Below, in pieces: positions 15,201 to 28,237 of a stretch of DNA of 64,000 bases. The stretch is from Trichosphaerium sp. ATCC 40318 (Eukaryota > Protista > Tubulinea): NCBI GenBank assembly GCA_038496445.1, contig JALMLS010000310.1, positions 124,001 through 188,000 of the forward strand. The letters run 5' to 3'. A model generated the notes under the pieces. The model was not told the origin of the DNA, did not search any database, and saw only the letters and a list, made by a program, of their open reading frames with translations. A program made the position numbers and the translations under genes. Position 1 is the stretch's first letter; each line of letters begins with the position of its first letter.

Positions 15201-17370
15201 CTCCTCGGTCGGGTAGAAGTTCTTCTGTATCTGACTCTTCGCGTTGGGTTGAAAGTGAACGTGATGAGTTTAAACGCTCGTTTATGATTCATGGAAAGAA
15301 CTTTAAAGCTATTTCTGATAATATTGGCACTAAGAATCCAGCTCAATGCAAGAATTTTTACCATAACAACAAGCGCAGGCTTGGGTTAGTCGATGAACCA
15401 GGTCCAAAACCACCTGCAAGAGGAAGAGGACGACCAAGGTACACCTTAATTCTTTTATTCAGGAACTTTTTTTTTTTCTGCCTTTTGAATGATAATCGTT
15501 TCTCTTACTCACATTTAACTCTAGTTGTCATTGGAACGAACCTGAAAAGGCTATTTTCCTTGATAAACTCGCACAGTATGGTAAAGACTGGCGTCGTATT
15601 GAAGAGTACATTGAAACAAAGACGATGGCTCAAATTAAGAATTTTTACCAAAACCATCGTATAAAACTCGCTCTTGACGAACTCTTGCCTATGGCAAAGG
15701 GCCACAAGAAGAGGCGTCGCAAACGACGAAAGTCTCTTTCTCTCTCGCTACAAGCTTCAGAAGATATGGCTTTATCGAATAGCTCAGATGGCAAATCTAG
15801 AGAAGACCGCGTAGTGACTACTGATACGTCAGAGTCTCCAAGAGACAGATCATTCTGGCATGCAGTTTCACAGATTAATTCAACGAGAGGGTATGTCCAT
15901 TAGCGTTTTTGTTTGTTGTTGTGGAGAGCTAATCTTTTTGTTAATTAGGATGCACGCTACAGCCGAAGTGTTGCATAAGTTGACATTGAATAAGCAAGAA
16001 ATTCCTATTGTACCTGTCATGACGACTAGTGCATCTCATACGGGTAATATTGTGGCCAGCCAACGTGTCGATGTTGCTGCAAGAACTGTCATGGCATTCT
16101 TGAAGGAACAAACGAGTTGGGTGTCTACAGAGCACCCAGTCATTCAAGATATTCTGGATAACCCATTGAATGATTTTTCTCGTAACGGGTTTGCACCTAG
16201 CTCTGGTGGTCGTAAGATAGATACATCACGGACGCGGCACTCTTCAATGTATACAAAACCGATGAAACAACAACCTACACCAATGGAAATCGAGCGTGTC
16301 TCAACGAGGTCTTCTAAAAAGGCAGAGTTTCCTCCAATTGGTAAGTTGCGATTTTTTCTTGTTTTTTGCCGTTCTAATCCTCTGTTTTGTAGTTGTTTCG
16401 CCTATAGTCCAATCCAATCCTAGTGTTGGCTTGTTTGTAGCTGATAAACCGCTACCAGAACCTACCAAGCCGACTAAAGAGACAAAGAATGGATTCTTAC
16501 CTACAACGTGCCAAGTTGTTGATTTGCATGAAACTCCTGGCGCTATTGAAATGGCTGAATCTGTCGTTGTAGTAACGCCTGTAGCATCGCCTACAGTACA
16601 GAGCGAACCTCATAGGACTTTATTACCTCCTAGACCGTTGCCAACACCAGAACTAACACGTGCGTTTTCAGAGGTTTAAAATTGTGCATTTTTTTGGGCT
16701 AATTCTTTTCGTAGAGCAAACATGTGGTGAGCTTTCGGTTATTCCTGTAAAACCATCAGCGCCTCAAAAGAAAGTGGTTCAAAAGGAACCAACACCAACA
16801 TTTGTTTCTGAAGGCACACCTTCAACATCAAACCAAACACAAACAATAGACCAAACACAAACAATAGATTCATCAGTGGCTTCAACAACACGACCAGATA
16901 CAAACAAGCCCAAAGCGCACATATCATTTCGTTTTTCGTCGTCGGCACCACCAGCACCGTTCAAACCTTCAAAAGTATCAAAGCTTTCACCTGATATGGC
17001 TGCTCTTGCGATGAATAATCCGTTCTTGAATATAAAAAAGGAAGTTGTGGCTGATTCTCGTAAAGAGAAGCCTAGCCGATTAACTGTCGCGATGTTGCTT
17101 AATGATGATCATCAACCTACAACTGAGCCTTTCAGCAGTTTTACAACACAAGAAACGCGTACTGGACCTGGATTTGGCTCATTAAATGGTTCATTAAGGC
17201 AAGATAAAACAACAACAAATGGGCATTTTACGCCCATAACGACGCCTCCTTTTGTTGAAGGACCTTTAATACATCAATCAATGTCCTCTCTTGCACCTAA
17301 TCAGGGTACAAATGGAGGTACTGCGAAAAAGACTCATCATAGTAGTAATTTTGCTCCGCCTAAAACATAG
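12224..17370 (+). CDS. NCoR/SMRT/Snt1-like SANT/Myb corepressor
   Basis: R/S/D-rich N-terminal exons, a coiled coil, the RADIPDMI...FYNTNRLVVDP...WSKGEELTFVSAYLAQPKNFEYIS...ECVWYYYTNK SANT typical of NCoR/Snt1, two further SANT repeats (HGKNFKAISDNIGTKNPAQCKNFYHN; YGKDWRRIEEYIETKTMAQIKNFYQN) and a low-complexity tail. Confidence 0.8.
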
Positions 17371-17715
17371 TCGTGGGTAAAAAGAATTTAGAGCTTCAGA
17401 CAGATTATTAATGTAAATTTTTTTTTCTTCCTTCGCCCACCTTTGTGTGTTGGAATTTGTAATTTATTAAAAAATAAGAAAAGCAAATAATGCTGATCAA
17501 TTCTTGTATGTAATACTTTTGTTGTAATGTCAAATTTGAACAATTTTTTTTTTTGTTCAGTCGTTCTGTACCGTATTGTACCGTATGGATCAGTAGTGTT
17601 AAAGATATGGGGATTCTCGTTTATGTTGGCGAAACAATTATGATAGCTTTTTTGTCGTTTTACTTGCTTTTTATTAAGGTTATGGTACATATTTACAGGT
17701 TGTTTTTTTTTTTGT

Positions 17716-18066
17716 TTAGTTTAGTATGTAGTTCAATGTCATTTGATTTCCACACTGTTGTTGTATTGTCTTCTGTTTTCTTAATCTTGATGTTGTTTTT
17801 TTATTGATTGTGGCTGGTTTAACTGTTTCAGTGTCGTCACCATAACAAAAAGCTGCTGGAAACTTAAATTCACGTGCTACAGCGTTTGGTCTGTACATCG
17901 AAAACCCTTGTTGTAGTTGATACCTTCTTCTGAAACGCTGCTTCTTTATAGAGCATAAAGGCGGAGCAGGCATTTGCGTATTATGAAAATGAAGAACCAC
18001 GTGATTTTTTCTTTGTCTGCTAACAAGTTTGTTTTCTCTTTCTATAAATTTTCTATAATGTTCCAT
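17716..18066 (-). CDS. Small basic intronless hypothetical protein (116 aa) ending MTLNYILN
   Basis: ATG-started ORF in otherwise intergenic space, convergent with the SANT gene, with basic composition and a terminal hydrophobic ILN motif. Confidence 0.5.
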   Translation of the reverse strand: MEHYRKFIERENKLVSRQRKNHVVLHFHNTQMPAPPLCSIKKQRFRRRYQLQQGFSMYRPNAVAREFKFPAAFCYGDDTETVKPATINKKTTSRLRKQKTIQQQCGNQMTLNYILN

Positions 18067-18904
18067 TTGTGTTTTGTATCAAGTTGCTTTGTTTACAATG
18101 GTTTTAAGTCATTCTAAATAGCAACATTGTGAATTGATATGTCGCCACTTTTATCCCAAAGCTCCAAAACTGAATCGTATGTTAACTGTCAACAACAATG
18201 ACAACCGCCCAGCCTGTTGTTTTTACATGTACATGTGAGTTGCTTTTTCAGTGAAAAAGAAAACAAAAACACTAAAGTACACGGATTCACACATTACTGC
18301 CAACATAGTTTAAAAATATGCCATAGCACTGTAGTACTACCCGATACGATATTGAAAAAAAACTACCACTCGGCTAAATCAATCACTCTCGGATAAATAG
18401 TTGGGAAACGAAATAGTTGGAAACCTACACAGGACTGGCGAGAAAATGATGGCTTTTCATCGTTGTATCTGATTGGATGACCATTAAACCGAGAAGGGAG
18501 CTAATATAGATTGGTTTTGCGTTGCTTTTTGCTGTAGTTTTGTTTCATGAAAGAAAGTATGATAATATATTGCGTTATAAATATCGTGTACTTTCACTTC
18601 GAAAACTTTATTTTTACGAGACAACGTATCCAATGAGTCTTGCTTGGTAATAGTGTTTTTAAAAAACATTGTATTCTATAGACTTCCCGGAGTCAGTATA
18701 ATTTAGAATTGTCTGTAGCAATTTGCAATGTTTTGACGCACAGTTTATTTGGCTTATAAAACAACATGAAAAAACCCAACGTTCCAATGCTACACATAGA
18801 GTGTTCGGATGTCAAGGTGTTAGAAACCAATATGAATTTACTATTTGACACTTGGAGATATTGTTTGTGATTTGACCGAACCAATGGGACTAATCGAACC
18901 CTCT

Positions 18905-18985
18905 CAAGTATGGAGAAACGTACAGCTTCGATCTTACCTCTTAGTCTCAGAGGTAAGATCGAAGCTGTACGTTTCTCTATACTTG
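18905..18985 (+). ncRNA. Long near-perfect hairpin, candidate pre-miRNA
   Basis: The 37-nt arms 18905-18941 and 18949-18985 are reverse complements except one position that forms a G-U pair on the + strand. The loop is 7 nt and the site is intergenic. The hairpin is certain; the RNA gene call is inference. Confidence 0.5.
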
Positions 18986-19671
18986 TACTATCCAATATTA
19001 TGTAGGACATTATACCTTTTTATTTCGCTTTTAGCTCTTTGAACAGCTCTCTTCCATGGTCTATTGAAACTGACATTGAAAAGGTTGCTATCACTAAACG
19101 CACGTAGTACTATGAAGGACAGTATTGGCACGCAACTAATTCGCATCGATAGGTGAGAATATTAGTAAAACTTGAATGAGGCAATATTTGCCTAGATTTT
19201 GTCACACTTGCTTGATACGGACACTAGCAAGAGCAATAAAACTGACCTCTGGCTATTAGATACAAAGCACGCACATGTAGCAGTCTACTCTCACAACAAG
19301 TCAAGTATTTAATTTAACGGAAGAATACTTTTCCACCCGAGAAGCTGTTGTGGTGTTGAGCACTGCGTTGAGTTTCGTCTATCTTTACACCACCAACAAA
19401 CGTGATACTTTCCATACTAGCCTTTAAGGCTTTACTTTATGCGTAAGAAACGTCGGGTTGTTCACTACATCGCGCTGACGCTGGTTGCTTTCCTTCTTAG
19501 GTTAGAATACTGCTCCCACTAGCGCGTTGTGTGAACGCTAGATAATTTGATTTTTAGTTACAATCGAGCCTTTCGCGTGTAATTCTTACTCAATACATAG
19601 TGTGCAGTGCTATTGCTGAGAAATTACTCCCGCAATGGAAGAACTGTGACTTTATGTTTAATACACGTGAC

Positions 19672-22179
19672 ATGGTGCTAAGAAGTATTGTTACCTTATT
19701 GTTTACTGTTCTAGCCAGTATGGGTTGCTATGCAGCGAGTAAGAGTAATGTTGTCTGTTCAGTTTAATTTGATATTAGTTTACGCTTCCCATAGTCATAG
19801 CTGTGGTACAAACTTGGGATGTTACATGGATCTAACAGATACCGATATTATACTCGATCCACTACTATCGTACACCATCGCTAGTTCAGTTATAGTTACT
19901 CATGATATCAATGTAACAACAGGTACGCTAGTTGTGAACAAATATCAAAAAGGAACCTAACGCTGTTTGTTCAAAAGAAATTGGTCAACCACGTGCTAGA
20001 GTATCTTGTTCTACTTCGTGTCAGTTGAAACCTTTGAACCTTTCTTCTTTGCACAAAGTCTGCTTTTCTAGAGTAACTTTTTCTTGTGCCTTGACTCTTG
20101 AGGGGTTTTCTTCTCTTGTTTTTGAGTACGTTTGTTTGGGTTTTCGCTCAGTAAATATCCTCATAGCAGTTGTGAGTTTTCTTCTATGAACATCAACCAA
20201 GATCGTATTGTGACAACAGAAAATATAGCGTACGATGACAATCTTCTTGACTGACCGTTTAAACCTCCTAGCGCTGTTACCTTTTCACATACAAACTTTC
20301 TACATAACACTGTACGCCATCGTGATATGCATATTTATGGAGGCTTGGTGCATATCTTTCTATCACACAGTGTTATTTTCTCGTACTGCCAATTTATAAG
20401 CAACAACGTTCATGCAGAATCGATCGCTATTAGAGGTAAGTAGTTAGGTTTGTAGCTTTTTTTATCTCACGTGAACTTAATGCAGGTGGAGCTATTTTTA
20501 GCAACCAAGTTAACGAGGTACACCCTTTCAACTGTTGTAAACTAATTTGGTATTAGATTGAAATCAGTGATAGCGTATTCCAAAGAAATATCGTCCACAC
20601 AAACAGTGCGTACTGCTCGCTGTGTTGCAATATGTTTTCTGATGATTATAGATCAAAGCAGAGGAGGAGTATTGTTTAGTTCCTCTACTGTAGAGAAGAC
20701 ACGAGTATTGCGTACCTTGTTTGAACATAACTATGCCCCTGATTCGGGGATTGGAGATGGTAAAGTGATATTAAGTAAAACAACAGTTGCTATGCTGATG
20801 TATTTATTGTAAGGTTGTTTGATAAATGGACATAAAGATATGCTCATTTCTGGGTCACTTTTTCATATGAATGGCTGCAACGACAGAAAACAAGCAAAGT
20901 AAGTGTCAACTCTTCTGTGAATAATTGAATTATAAAACTGATGATTGATCAAAAGTGTATTTGTAAAGTATACTTTGCTAATGTCTTAATGTATAGCGAG
21001 CTGATTTATTTGAACAACGGAAAGATACTTATTGAGTATGTCAATAATATATGCTTTAAGTCTAATACAATCTAAGGGACTCGGTATTTGAAGGCATTTA
21101 TTAATTGTCACGTGTTAAATCATAACAATCCAAAAATAGAATCACCGACAATTAGGATTTTTATTGTCAGCTGCAACCCAGCCCCGCCAATGCTCGGAGG
21201 TCCATTTGAACAAGTGACTATATCTAAAGCATTATATAGTACGCATGTATTTATTTTAACATACTAACATAAATATAGCAAACAATGGCATGGTGAGCTT
21301 AATAGGAGACTTTTGCGACAACGCTACTTATTCTGAAACATGTGATGAGCTTCCAACTAGTTGCTGTGAGGGTGAGTGTTGTATTATGTTGCTATGGTTT
21401 AACCCATGTACAGGTGATGTAACTATTGACAACAACCTATATAATAGCGCAACCTGTTCCAGACAATCGTATTCTGATCAAGTTCCATGTTTTAATTGTG
21501 AAGCAGGCTCTTGTAGTATAAATTCACCTAATTGTACCATTAACACAAATGTCGTCAACACTGACACAGTCATCATTGATAAATCACTGACCATTAAAGG
21601 AGACTTGAACAACGATGGAAGTGTTATTATTGAAGGCAATACCACTTTGATAGTTCATGGTACATCTTTTTTTGTATAAAAGGAAAAAACTCTTATTGTA
21701 CCTGTTAAGGCTGTGCGACCTTGGGCCAATTCATTGTGAATACTTCAAGTATAAACATATCGCGCAGCGATACCTTTGTGTTCCATGCGATCAAAGGCAC
21801 TTGTATCAATGGAAAGGTTATAGTCGTTGACAATGATGAGTGTGTCAAAGCTTCTCAAAGCCGAGATAACACTGGGTAAGATTACAATGATCTTACACTT
21901 TTCTCACAGCTATTCTAAGGGTATTGATAACGCTTGTTCGACAAGATAATTGCGAGTTTTCTTGGCTACCTGTGATCGTTGGGTGCGCAGTAGGTGCTGC
22001 CCTATTGGTACGTGATTAAGAATAAGACTGTCACCAAACTAAACTGTTTTTTTTAAACACAGTGTGTTGTTATAACTTTGCTTGTTATTATTTGTACACC
22101 GAAACTTCGCAAGTTCTTCATACCTTATGAACAAAGAATCGATGCAAATGGCAAAATAGTAATGACGCCAAGACAATAA
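19672..22179 (+). CDS. Type I membrane protein with a beta-helix (Pmp/pectin-lyase-like) ectodomain and Cys-rich stalk
   Basis: Signal peptide MVLRSIVTLLFTVLASMGCYA, GGLVHI/GGAIFS/RGGVLF and F..N repeats, a Cys-rich segment, TM WLPVIVGCAVGAALLVCCVITLLVII and a short tail ending TPRQ. Many short introns. Confidence 0.65.
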
Positions 22180-22456
22180 ATATTGTACGAATAAATCTGT
22201 CAATTTTCCACATTTTCTTTTTTCAACAGGTTAACGTGCCCTTTCCATTTATAAGATTTCACTAACCCTGGAACGACGTTTTGCTTAAAAGTAATTCACG
22301 GAAATACTAAATAAGTATCGCTAAGTCACGTGCTCCAATAAACGTTTATTAAAACCGTCGATACCATCTCACCTGCATCGCGGAGTTGTTTGGCACCTCG
22401 TAATATCGAAAACTATACGAACTGCACTTCAAGCTAATTACTACAAAATAAACGAC

Positions 22457-23286
22457 ATGGATTCGCCTAAAACAGGTGTGTAGCGCACAGTGGTGAATAT
22501 ATATTGTTAATTAAGGATATATTAGGTAAAATCATGTATGAGGGCGTTGAAGAGGATAATATTGACGTAGCAGATTGGCTACAACTACGTTATAAAGAGT
22601 TCAACATGAGGAGGTACTGTGTTGTAGCAGGAACAACTTTGTCAGTATACAAGATTGATAGAGTGCGTAGAGTTATTTGTACAACTTCTGTACCGATTAA
22701 TACTGTTAGTCAAGCACAGGACGCCTCACTGTCAGTTGTCCATCTGTACGCTTTTCGCAATTAAGTTTTGGACTACTTATCACGTGGGTTGTACTGGTAA
22801 CGATATTTTTAGACTCTCAATAAGACCATTTGTTTGCAATTAGACTCTGAGATGATTGTGAATAAGCTTGATAGAGAACCAAAGAAAGGATCAGAATTTA
22901 TGATAAAAGCCAGTGGAAAAACTCTGTACTTGTTTGCTCCAACTGAACATACACGTGAGAGATGGGTTTCACACCTCCAAGCCGTACAAGCGGTTAGTTT
23001 ATTTGTAGATATGTAACCACTAACGTTAGACAAAGGATGCCAAACTGAAAGCAGAAGAAGAGCCTGAAGAATACGAAGAAGAGAAACTAGCTGCAGAAAG
23101 AGAGAAAAACCGCGCGGTACAGTCTCATGATATTCAGTTTTCCTACTCACTGAAGTATAGTCTCCCAGAAGATCACTTGATGACTCAAATATTGGCACTA
23201 AGGAGGAACCAGCTCGCGATTTTGGCCAAACCATTTATTCTCTATTCGAAAGTCTATTTACTTGGCGCTTCTCTCCAAATACTTAG
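22457..23286 (+). CDS. Small PH-domain protein
   Basis: DWLQLRYKEFNMRRYCVVAGTTLSVYK...EFMIKASGKTLYLFAPTEHTRERWVSHLQAV is a PH signature. Multi-exon. Confidence 0.8.
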
Positions 23287-23587
23287 TTTATAATACACTG
23301 TTGATGAGCGAATTAGTTAGGATAGTTAGTGGTAACAGGAAAAAATTGTAAGATAAAAATCCAGTGTTGTATTTGCACGTAAATTTCGGTTTGAAAAAAA
23401 AACCACTTTATTACAAAATGTGGTACTAGTACTAGCTTTTACATCGTAAGATATTTAAACCACGTGCATTCTACAATTACATTATTAGTTGTAAAAAAAG
23501 CAGCAACGACCACACGAAATAAAAATCACCAGTGCTATTTTAATATCTTGTTCCGAAACAAAACCCGAGGAATAGTAAACAAATATT

Positions 23588-24280
23588 TTATTGAACACGA
23601 GAATAGCCTGTTTTCTTGTCCTTGATAGCGTGTCTCAAGTACAGTGATCCCATTACAAAAGCGGCAGCATTCACAAATGAAAGTGCAACTACCTTACCAA
23701 GAATTGAAGATCTGTCAAACGGTTGAATCTTGAATTCGCCGGAATCAAATGACAACTGTTCAAGAAGGCCCATACAGCACGTTGCAGCAGCTGCAAGGAA
23801 TATAAAAACACCAGCAAACCGATGTAGAACCAAAAAAGGAGCACGTACGCTCCCTGGTACGCCCGGAACGACAAATATGATTAAACTTGCCAAAACGAGC
23901 AAACCCATTAGAGGCACTAGCGTTATGCCTATCCAAGCGTGTATGGAGGTGCAATGAGGGAATCCATGCATATCATGGTCTTTAAAGATAGCAATAATAC
24001 CACCTACGGCAGCAACAAATGCAAGTACATTGGCGGTAGCGTGAAGAGCTTTTAGTATCTTACGCGGTAGTTTGATCGGAATATGCCAAAATATCATCGA
24101 TTGGCCCATTAAAGAGAAGAATGCCAATACCATCATTATAGGGTGGTAGTTAAAAGGAAAATCGCCTTTGCGAGGCCATGAATACGTCCATGACAAGGTT
24201 AGTACAAGTGGTAAATGGACAAATAGCCATGCAAGTGAATGAATCACTATGCGCACAATCATTCCTGCATCGACGGACAT
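23588..24280 (-). CDS. Cytochrome b561 (transmembrane ascorbate-dependent reductase family), intronless
   Basis: FNYHPIMM, KALHATAN, SIHAWIG and LHRFAG supply the four heme-ligand histidines. Six hydrophobic helices. Confidence 0.92.
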   Translation of the reverse strand: MSVDAGMIVRIVIHSLAWLFVHLPLVLTLSWTYSWPRKGDFPFNYHPIMMVLAFFSLMGQSMIFWHIPIKLPRKILKALHATANVLAFVAAVGGIIAIFKDHDMHGFPHCTSIHAWIGITLVPLMGLLVLASLIIFVVPGVPGSVRAPFLVLHRFAGVFIFLAAAATCCMGLLEQLSFDSGEFKIQPFDRSSILGKVVALSFVNAAAFVMGSLYLRHAIKDKKTGYSRVQ

Positions 24281-25003
24281 GATAGATGGAGAATTACGGA
24301 AGAATGGTGGTTTCGGAACTTAGTTGTGCACACTTAATACAAATAGGGTAGAAACTCTGTTTTCTTAGTGCCATGAGACTTTTCACGCGTAGTACAATAC
24401 ATCATAGCTTTTATACAAAAAATGGACGTCTTTTTTTTTCAGCATGTGTACCGGTTTATTGTTTTACCGGTAAACTAGATTGTTAATGACGCCCGAAATA
24501 GTAAACTAAAAAAGAACGAATTCATAGTTTTTGTCCAAAAAAAATGCTTAACTGCAACAAGTCCCAACCATGTTGAATCTGGGTCAAATTTCCGACAATC
24601 TAGTCATTATATTGGACGCTCTTGGCGGGAGTGTACGAGATTAATCTATCATACGTTTGCAACAGATGAAGGTTTGAAGGCTACATACTATCAACTTTGT
24701 ATGAAAGTTGGCATTTCAGCGTAACTGATGAAGCTATCAATGCTACATTAAAAAACTATAGCTACAGCATGAAGTACCCAACTTGTAGCTAAACAGTCTC
24801 ACTATCATAAGGCGGTATGCAACAAAGCTTTTGAGTTGACTTTATATCACGTGACTGTTTGGCGCTATTTATAAACAGCCATTCTAGTCAGGTTCCATAC
24901 ACTAGCAGCTTTGAAAACAACTATGTAGCTTGTGATTGTGAACGAGCGTTCTTAAAATGCAGTGCACTTAAGGGCACTTAACTCAACAAGAATAATCTTA
25001 TTA

Positions 25004-25559
25004 ATGACCCTACACCTTCTCCTTGTTCTCGTATCGGTACTCCATTGTTAATGGATGTGCTAAGTTCCATCTCAGTGCTGAATATTATCCGTTCGGTTTA
25101 AAGGACTCTTCATACGAAGCTTATCCCATTAACGCGACTGCCTATAATGTATCATACTATTGCTTCTGTAGCGGCAATCAGAATTTTACAGGGAACTTGG
25201 TTAAAACAACTGCTGGTTATTTATGCTTTTACAACAAGAAGCCTCAAGATTCTGGACTAAACTACTGCGACGTAGGCACTTATTACGCTCTTGGACGAAA
25301 GCGCAAGTCACCAAACGACCCTCACCTCGAAGACTCTTCAAAAGAAAACCCACTTCCTGCAGGAGCCCTTCCAGTAGACTCAGCAGCTAATCAACTTACT
25401 TACAGTGATTGTGTTTATTCTCCAATTTCTGGTACCCTGGCGAATGTAGACAATGAATGGAGGTGCTACTATGCTTACACATCAGCTCTAGGAGAGTTTG
25501 GAGGGTTTAAGTCTCCTGGATCTTATAAGGTAGTCGTTGGGACCGAGTGCTTGATTTAA
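25004..25559 (+). CDS. Secreted two-repeat protein, DM9/DUF3421-like
   Basis: ATG at 25004 and a predicted 28-nt intron (25037-25064) give signal peptide MTLHLLLVLVSFHLSA. Two similar halves (TGNLV..LCFY..TYYAL; PLPAGAL..SGTL..CYYAY..SYKVVV) resemble DM9 repeats. Confidence 0.55.
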
Positions 25560-25918
25560 AGTGCCAATGAAAAAGTAAAAAAAAAAGTTATTCGAAATAA
25601 ACTAGGTATTAATGTACGCTCAACTAGTGAAGGTATGAGTAACACGTGATGAGTTTAGTTGGTTGTAAATGGATTCACTTGAGTCAAGTAGTTATTGAGC
25701 TCACTCAAACGCTCAATCTGTAAAAATCATGTGCTTACAAAGGGTTGGCTCGTGACTCTAGAGGTTATTAGGATTTTTTATTTGTTGAGGATACTTCCAC
25801 ACGATTGTGTTATCGTTACTGCCACACTTCTTAGTGTTTATAGATGCAGATGTTTTAAAGTACTCAAAAAAGTGTTCTGAGTTTATTTGTTTTTTTTACA
25901 GATACTCTATAAGTGTCT

Positions 25919-28237
25919 TCAGTAGGTAACCGGCGATTGTTTTTTCTGTCCACTGATAGTCCGTATGCGTTTGATTTTTAAATATGCTACAATTAGCACT
26001 GCTATTAATACAGCTAAAAATACAACAAGAGCTACAATAATTATGTAGTATGTTGAGCTAAATTGACTTTTTTGGTCAATAGAATCACAAGAGGTTATGA
26101 GTACAACTAAATAAGTAACTTGTTGTACTGTATCTGTCTCACATTGTTGCATATCTGGGTTTCTTACTGTCACTTGAATATCTTCAATAGTCGCACACTC
26201 CAATGAAAAGTCAAACAAAGTAAAGTTTCCTTGTTGAAGTATAGTATCAAACACTGCTTGGTTTTCGAATGATACACCGATGTGAGAGATATTCGGACAG
26301 TGTGTTACATTGATTGGTAATATATCGCTTGAGAATATGACTTGTACGTCATCATATGTGGCATCAATTGGGAGTTCCACGATACCTTCTTTTACAATAA
26401 TTTTGATTATTCTTATTGAATTGGGCGAAGTTGTTGGTGGTGTTGGTAGGATGGCGGGTGCAGCCTTTGTTGTGGGTGGTACTGTTGTTGCTGCCGTTGG
26501 TGCAATAGTTATTGCCCCTGTTGTTGGCATAGTATTTGTTGGCTGTGTTGGCGATTGAGTTGGTGTTGGTGAACATTCGAAAACACCTGAATCTGCATCA
26601 TAAAAGATGATATTTGCTGTACTATCAACAAACGTTACAAGAACCTAACGAAATCAATTAAATTGTTGTCAAAGAATATATCAGGAAAAAAAACAGACAC
26701 GTACTGTCACTACACACTCAATTGGATCAAATGTGGCACTTAATTTCTTTATATCGGTTGTACTTAATGTGCTGGCTGAATAGCTTTGAAGGAACATTTC
26801 AGAAGAGCTCTAGAAAAGTTTAACTTGAAAAAAACCGAACCCTAAGATCTGACGTACATTGTAGGTTTGTATTGTTACTTTTGATCCTATCTCTGCATAC
26901 ACGAGCAATAAATCTGCCTTTAAAGCAGATTCTAAAGTGACAATAGCAGATACATGAGGTATAACTGTAGATATGTTTAAAGCAGGAAGTGTGGTATCAG
27001 GGTGAGGTGTGAAAGTAGCGTCAGCGCAGTTTACTCTTGTACTTTCAAGATATATCTCGCCGTCACCAACATCGACAGCATATATTGTATCATTAATATC
27101 TGTAAATGAAATACTTTGTCTGGTATATACATTTGCTGTGCCGAAGGCTAACCGATAAGCCCTTGGCTTTGTTGTTGTTAACTATTTTAATAATAATTGT
27201 TTTGTACCTCTGTTGTTTCTTCTACCTTGGAGTATGCTACAAGATGAGTAGTAGTAGTTGCATTTAATACCATAGATTTTACAAAGCATCCTTCCTTCAT
27301 GTGGATGATGCCAAACTGATTGTCAAAGGTTATGCTAGCTTAGTACAGTGTTTAAGTTAGTGCGACCAAAAAAAAAGAAATAAGTACGTCTGCTGAACGT
27401 GACCCTCTGAGGTAAAGCATCATCTTTAATTATATAGATATATGACTCATTCGAAGGGAACTCTATATTTACAAGAAACATTTCCCTTCCGGAAGCTATT
27501 TGGATAAGAAAACAAGAAAAAAACAAGAAATGTACAAAAGAGCAGTGTCGCTCACCTTCAAATTCTGACTTGTCAAATGAAACAAAGTACGTGTAATCAG
27601 GTGCAATGGTGGTACTGAGTAACTCAACTTCAGTTTGTTCATCTATTACATCGCTGTTTACCTACACTCAAGTTAGCACTAGTTGTACGATTTAGCTTGA
27701 AATTCTTACATTTTCCTTCTTCTTGCGTAAAAGCCTGTACGAGATTACTCCTTGTGCATTCACATACAAGAATGCAATCTGTTGATCGCCATGCTCTAGG
27801 ATTGGACCAGTGCAATGATCACAGTGCCACCCAGCACGCGAGGTATTGCCCACAAAGAATCCTATTCCGAATAAGCTGTATCTTATTTTGACAAGCTTAA
27901 ATTGCCTAGAACGTACGCTGTGACGTTGCTACATCTAGCCTTGTACCAGTTGGTCCTATTTAGAATATAAAAACCGTAAAATGAGCCAAATTTATTCGAT
28001 ACCTTGGCGAGCGTAGATATACGACGGTACACCATTTGAAATACCAAAAGCGACGTCTATTGCGTGTATAACACTGGATTCTGGTTGAAGCTCGTTCGCG
28101 TCCATAAACGTATTGAATTGTGGGTTTGAAAACAATGCTAGAGCGACTAGATACGTTGTTAAACATATTTCTCCACAACAGTTAACTGTACCAAATGCGT
28201 TACTAAGCGCTAGGATCGCTACAAATAATTTATACAT
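25919..28237 (-). CDS. Type I membrane protein with a Thr/Pro mucin-like stalk
   Basis: Signal peptide MYKLFVAILALSNAF, multi-exon ectodomain, PT-rich segment, TM YYIIIVALVVFLAVLIAVLIVAYL followed by KIKR. Confidence 0.75.

Noticed and set aside
16833-16869. 18-bp direct repeat encoding QTQTID twice
   Set aside because: Ordinary slippage in a disordered tail.
7430-17000. Numerous antisense or overlapping ORFs of 60-156 aa in the ORF track
   Set aside because: They are shadows of real coding exons (for example poly-Ser opposite acidic tracts) with no independent motif.
22505-22525. AAGGATAT, the reverse complement of a U12-type ATATCCTT donor
   Set aside because: It lies on the non-coding strand of a normal GT-AG intron of the plus-strand PH gene.
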